Position numbers and translations under genes: made by a program
Assembly: GCA_013265495.1 (NCBI GenBank)
Contig: MU059523.1
Span: 1,719,761-1,783,760 of the forward strand
From: Vicugna vicugna
Lineage: Eukaryota
DNA length: 64,000 bases
Reading direction: 5' to 3'
Notes under the pieces: generated by a model
Seen by the model: only the letters and a program-made list of their open reading frames with translations
Told to the model about the DNA's origin: nothing
The model's database searches: none
Shown: positions 62,501 through 64,000 of the stretch, one piece after another
Layout of the letters: every line of letters starts with the position of its first letter
Numbering within the stretch: the first letter of the stretch is position 1

Positions 62501-63958
62501 ATAAAGGCTGTGGTAACACATTAAACATCCAGACAAAAGAAGTCAGAACCTCCTGCTCTCCAGGACTTTTATAACCCTGAGTGTCCCAGCAAATATCCCC
62601 ACCCCAACCCTCTACAGTAAATTCCAGTCCTTGGGAGTTTGATTCCAGGGAACATAGCCGCCAAGTGGGGAGACACCCCCAGCCTCTCCAAAGCACCAGA
62701 ATTCTCAAGGCCAGGCAGAAGCATCTTTCCTCTGAGAAGGGCCTCACGGGCCTCCTGGGGGGCAGGACCAAGTTCCAGCTGGACTTCTACCTGCTCTGGC
62801 TGCACTCACACATGCCAAGCCAAGTTCTAGCTGGGAAGACTCAGTCTTCTCCCATCACCAGCAGGATTTATCATTTCCCAGAACCAAAAACCCTGAAGTC
62901 TGTCCCTGTTCTCTAGAGGTACTGACGCAGGGCCTCCGCCCTCTCCTGGGTTAGTGTTTGCCAGGCCAAGTCCGAGATGGTAAAGCAAGTCGTGAGTCTG
63001 TAACAGCTTGAGCCTCTCTTTCATTCACCGTGTTGTCAGGTTTCCTTAGGAACTCTTTGGGGTGTAAACCTAAGGAGGCGTGGCCACAGCCAGGTGTGTG
63101 TGCCCTCTCCCTAGGAGCTGGGGAGGAGACTGGAATGCGGCTCTGAGTGAGTGGGGAATCTCATTAATCAGTGTGGGTGGGGCTGGTGGGGAAATAAAAA
63201 GTTTTCCCCACATGGCAAGCTCAGAAGACTCAGAGAATTTTCTGAACTTCTCTTCAAAACACGCAGTTGGGTGTTTTCATTTCACCGGAACTTTACTATA
63301 ACATGACGTTCCTTGGCTCAGAGGACAGGGTTACAGAGGCCTTCGCTGGGTCCCAGCCAAGTAAGTCAAAATAGCAGAAATACCAGAAGAACACAGTGTC
63401 ACTTAGAACTGGGGCCTGGAAAAGCTATCCCAAGGGCGGTTCTATTGCAGGGTTCCAAGCTACAGCCGGGCCAGAGGGGGAACATGCTGATAGAAGACGC
63501 CAAAGCTCGTGGGACCAGGTGACTGTGATGGGGGCTGAACATTCTGGAACCCAAGGCAAAGCTCACACAGGCAGAACTGCTGCTGGGTCTCTGGCCAAAC
63601 CTAGCTACTCACAGACACCACCCAGGAAAGCCACGAATGCTTCCTTCCCACGAGGACATCACCAAGCAGGCATCTATGAAGCACCTGGTATGTCAAAGGA
63701 GCACGTGTGGTCCTGCAGGGCGGGGCACTAGGAAATACACAAAACACTAGTTTCTCAGCCATGAAAAACGTTTATGTTCAATTATAGGTCCAAAGCGTGG
63801 CTAAGAGGGGAAAAATAAGTCAACATGAAATCATCTATGTATGGTACAAACACATTAATGTGGTTTAAGGTAAGGCGATTATATTTTAAGAGGATGCTTA
63901 AGATGCACAATCTAAAAATTAATTCTTGGCTAACTTGCAGGCTGGGAGCTGGCAAAGA

Positions 63959-63994
63959 GGTGTGTGTGTCTGTGTGTGTGTGTGTGTACACACG
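63959..63994. repeat. (TG)n microsatellite at the window end
   Basis: 'gtgtgtgtgtctgtgtgtgtgtgtgtgtacacacg', read directly. Confidence 0.9.
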
Positions 63995-64000
63995 TGTGCA

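Overview
Mammalian (eutherian) genomic DNA, almost certainly camelid (alpaca/llama/camel). Six copies of the tRNA-Ala-derived camelid SINE (vic-1 type) and short artiodactyl-type L1 3' ends are present, and I saw no PRE-1, Bov-tA or CHR SINEs. The window is repeat-rich intergenic or intronic sequence: old L1M, L2, MIR, MaLR/ERVL LTRs and hAT-Charlie DNA transposons, several nested with visible target-site duplications. I recognise no known protein-coding gene, true tRNA/rRNA gene, CRISPR array or prokaryotic system, and the ORF track is mostly noise or repeat-derived. The best leads are unverified. They are a perfect palindromic RFX X-box next to a candidate first exon (51.9-52.1 kb), three strong CTCF motifs in divergent and convergent arrangement, a phase-compatible three-exon plus-strand model (12.5-19.3 kb), a set of minus-strand candidate exons ending at a canonical poly(A) site (39.2-62.0 kb), a compact three-exon cluster at 63.3-63.7 kb, and recent tandem duplications. 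Repeat subfamily names come from recalled consensus sequences, and many boundaries are approximate; RepeatMasker/Dfam should confirm them.
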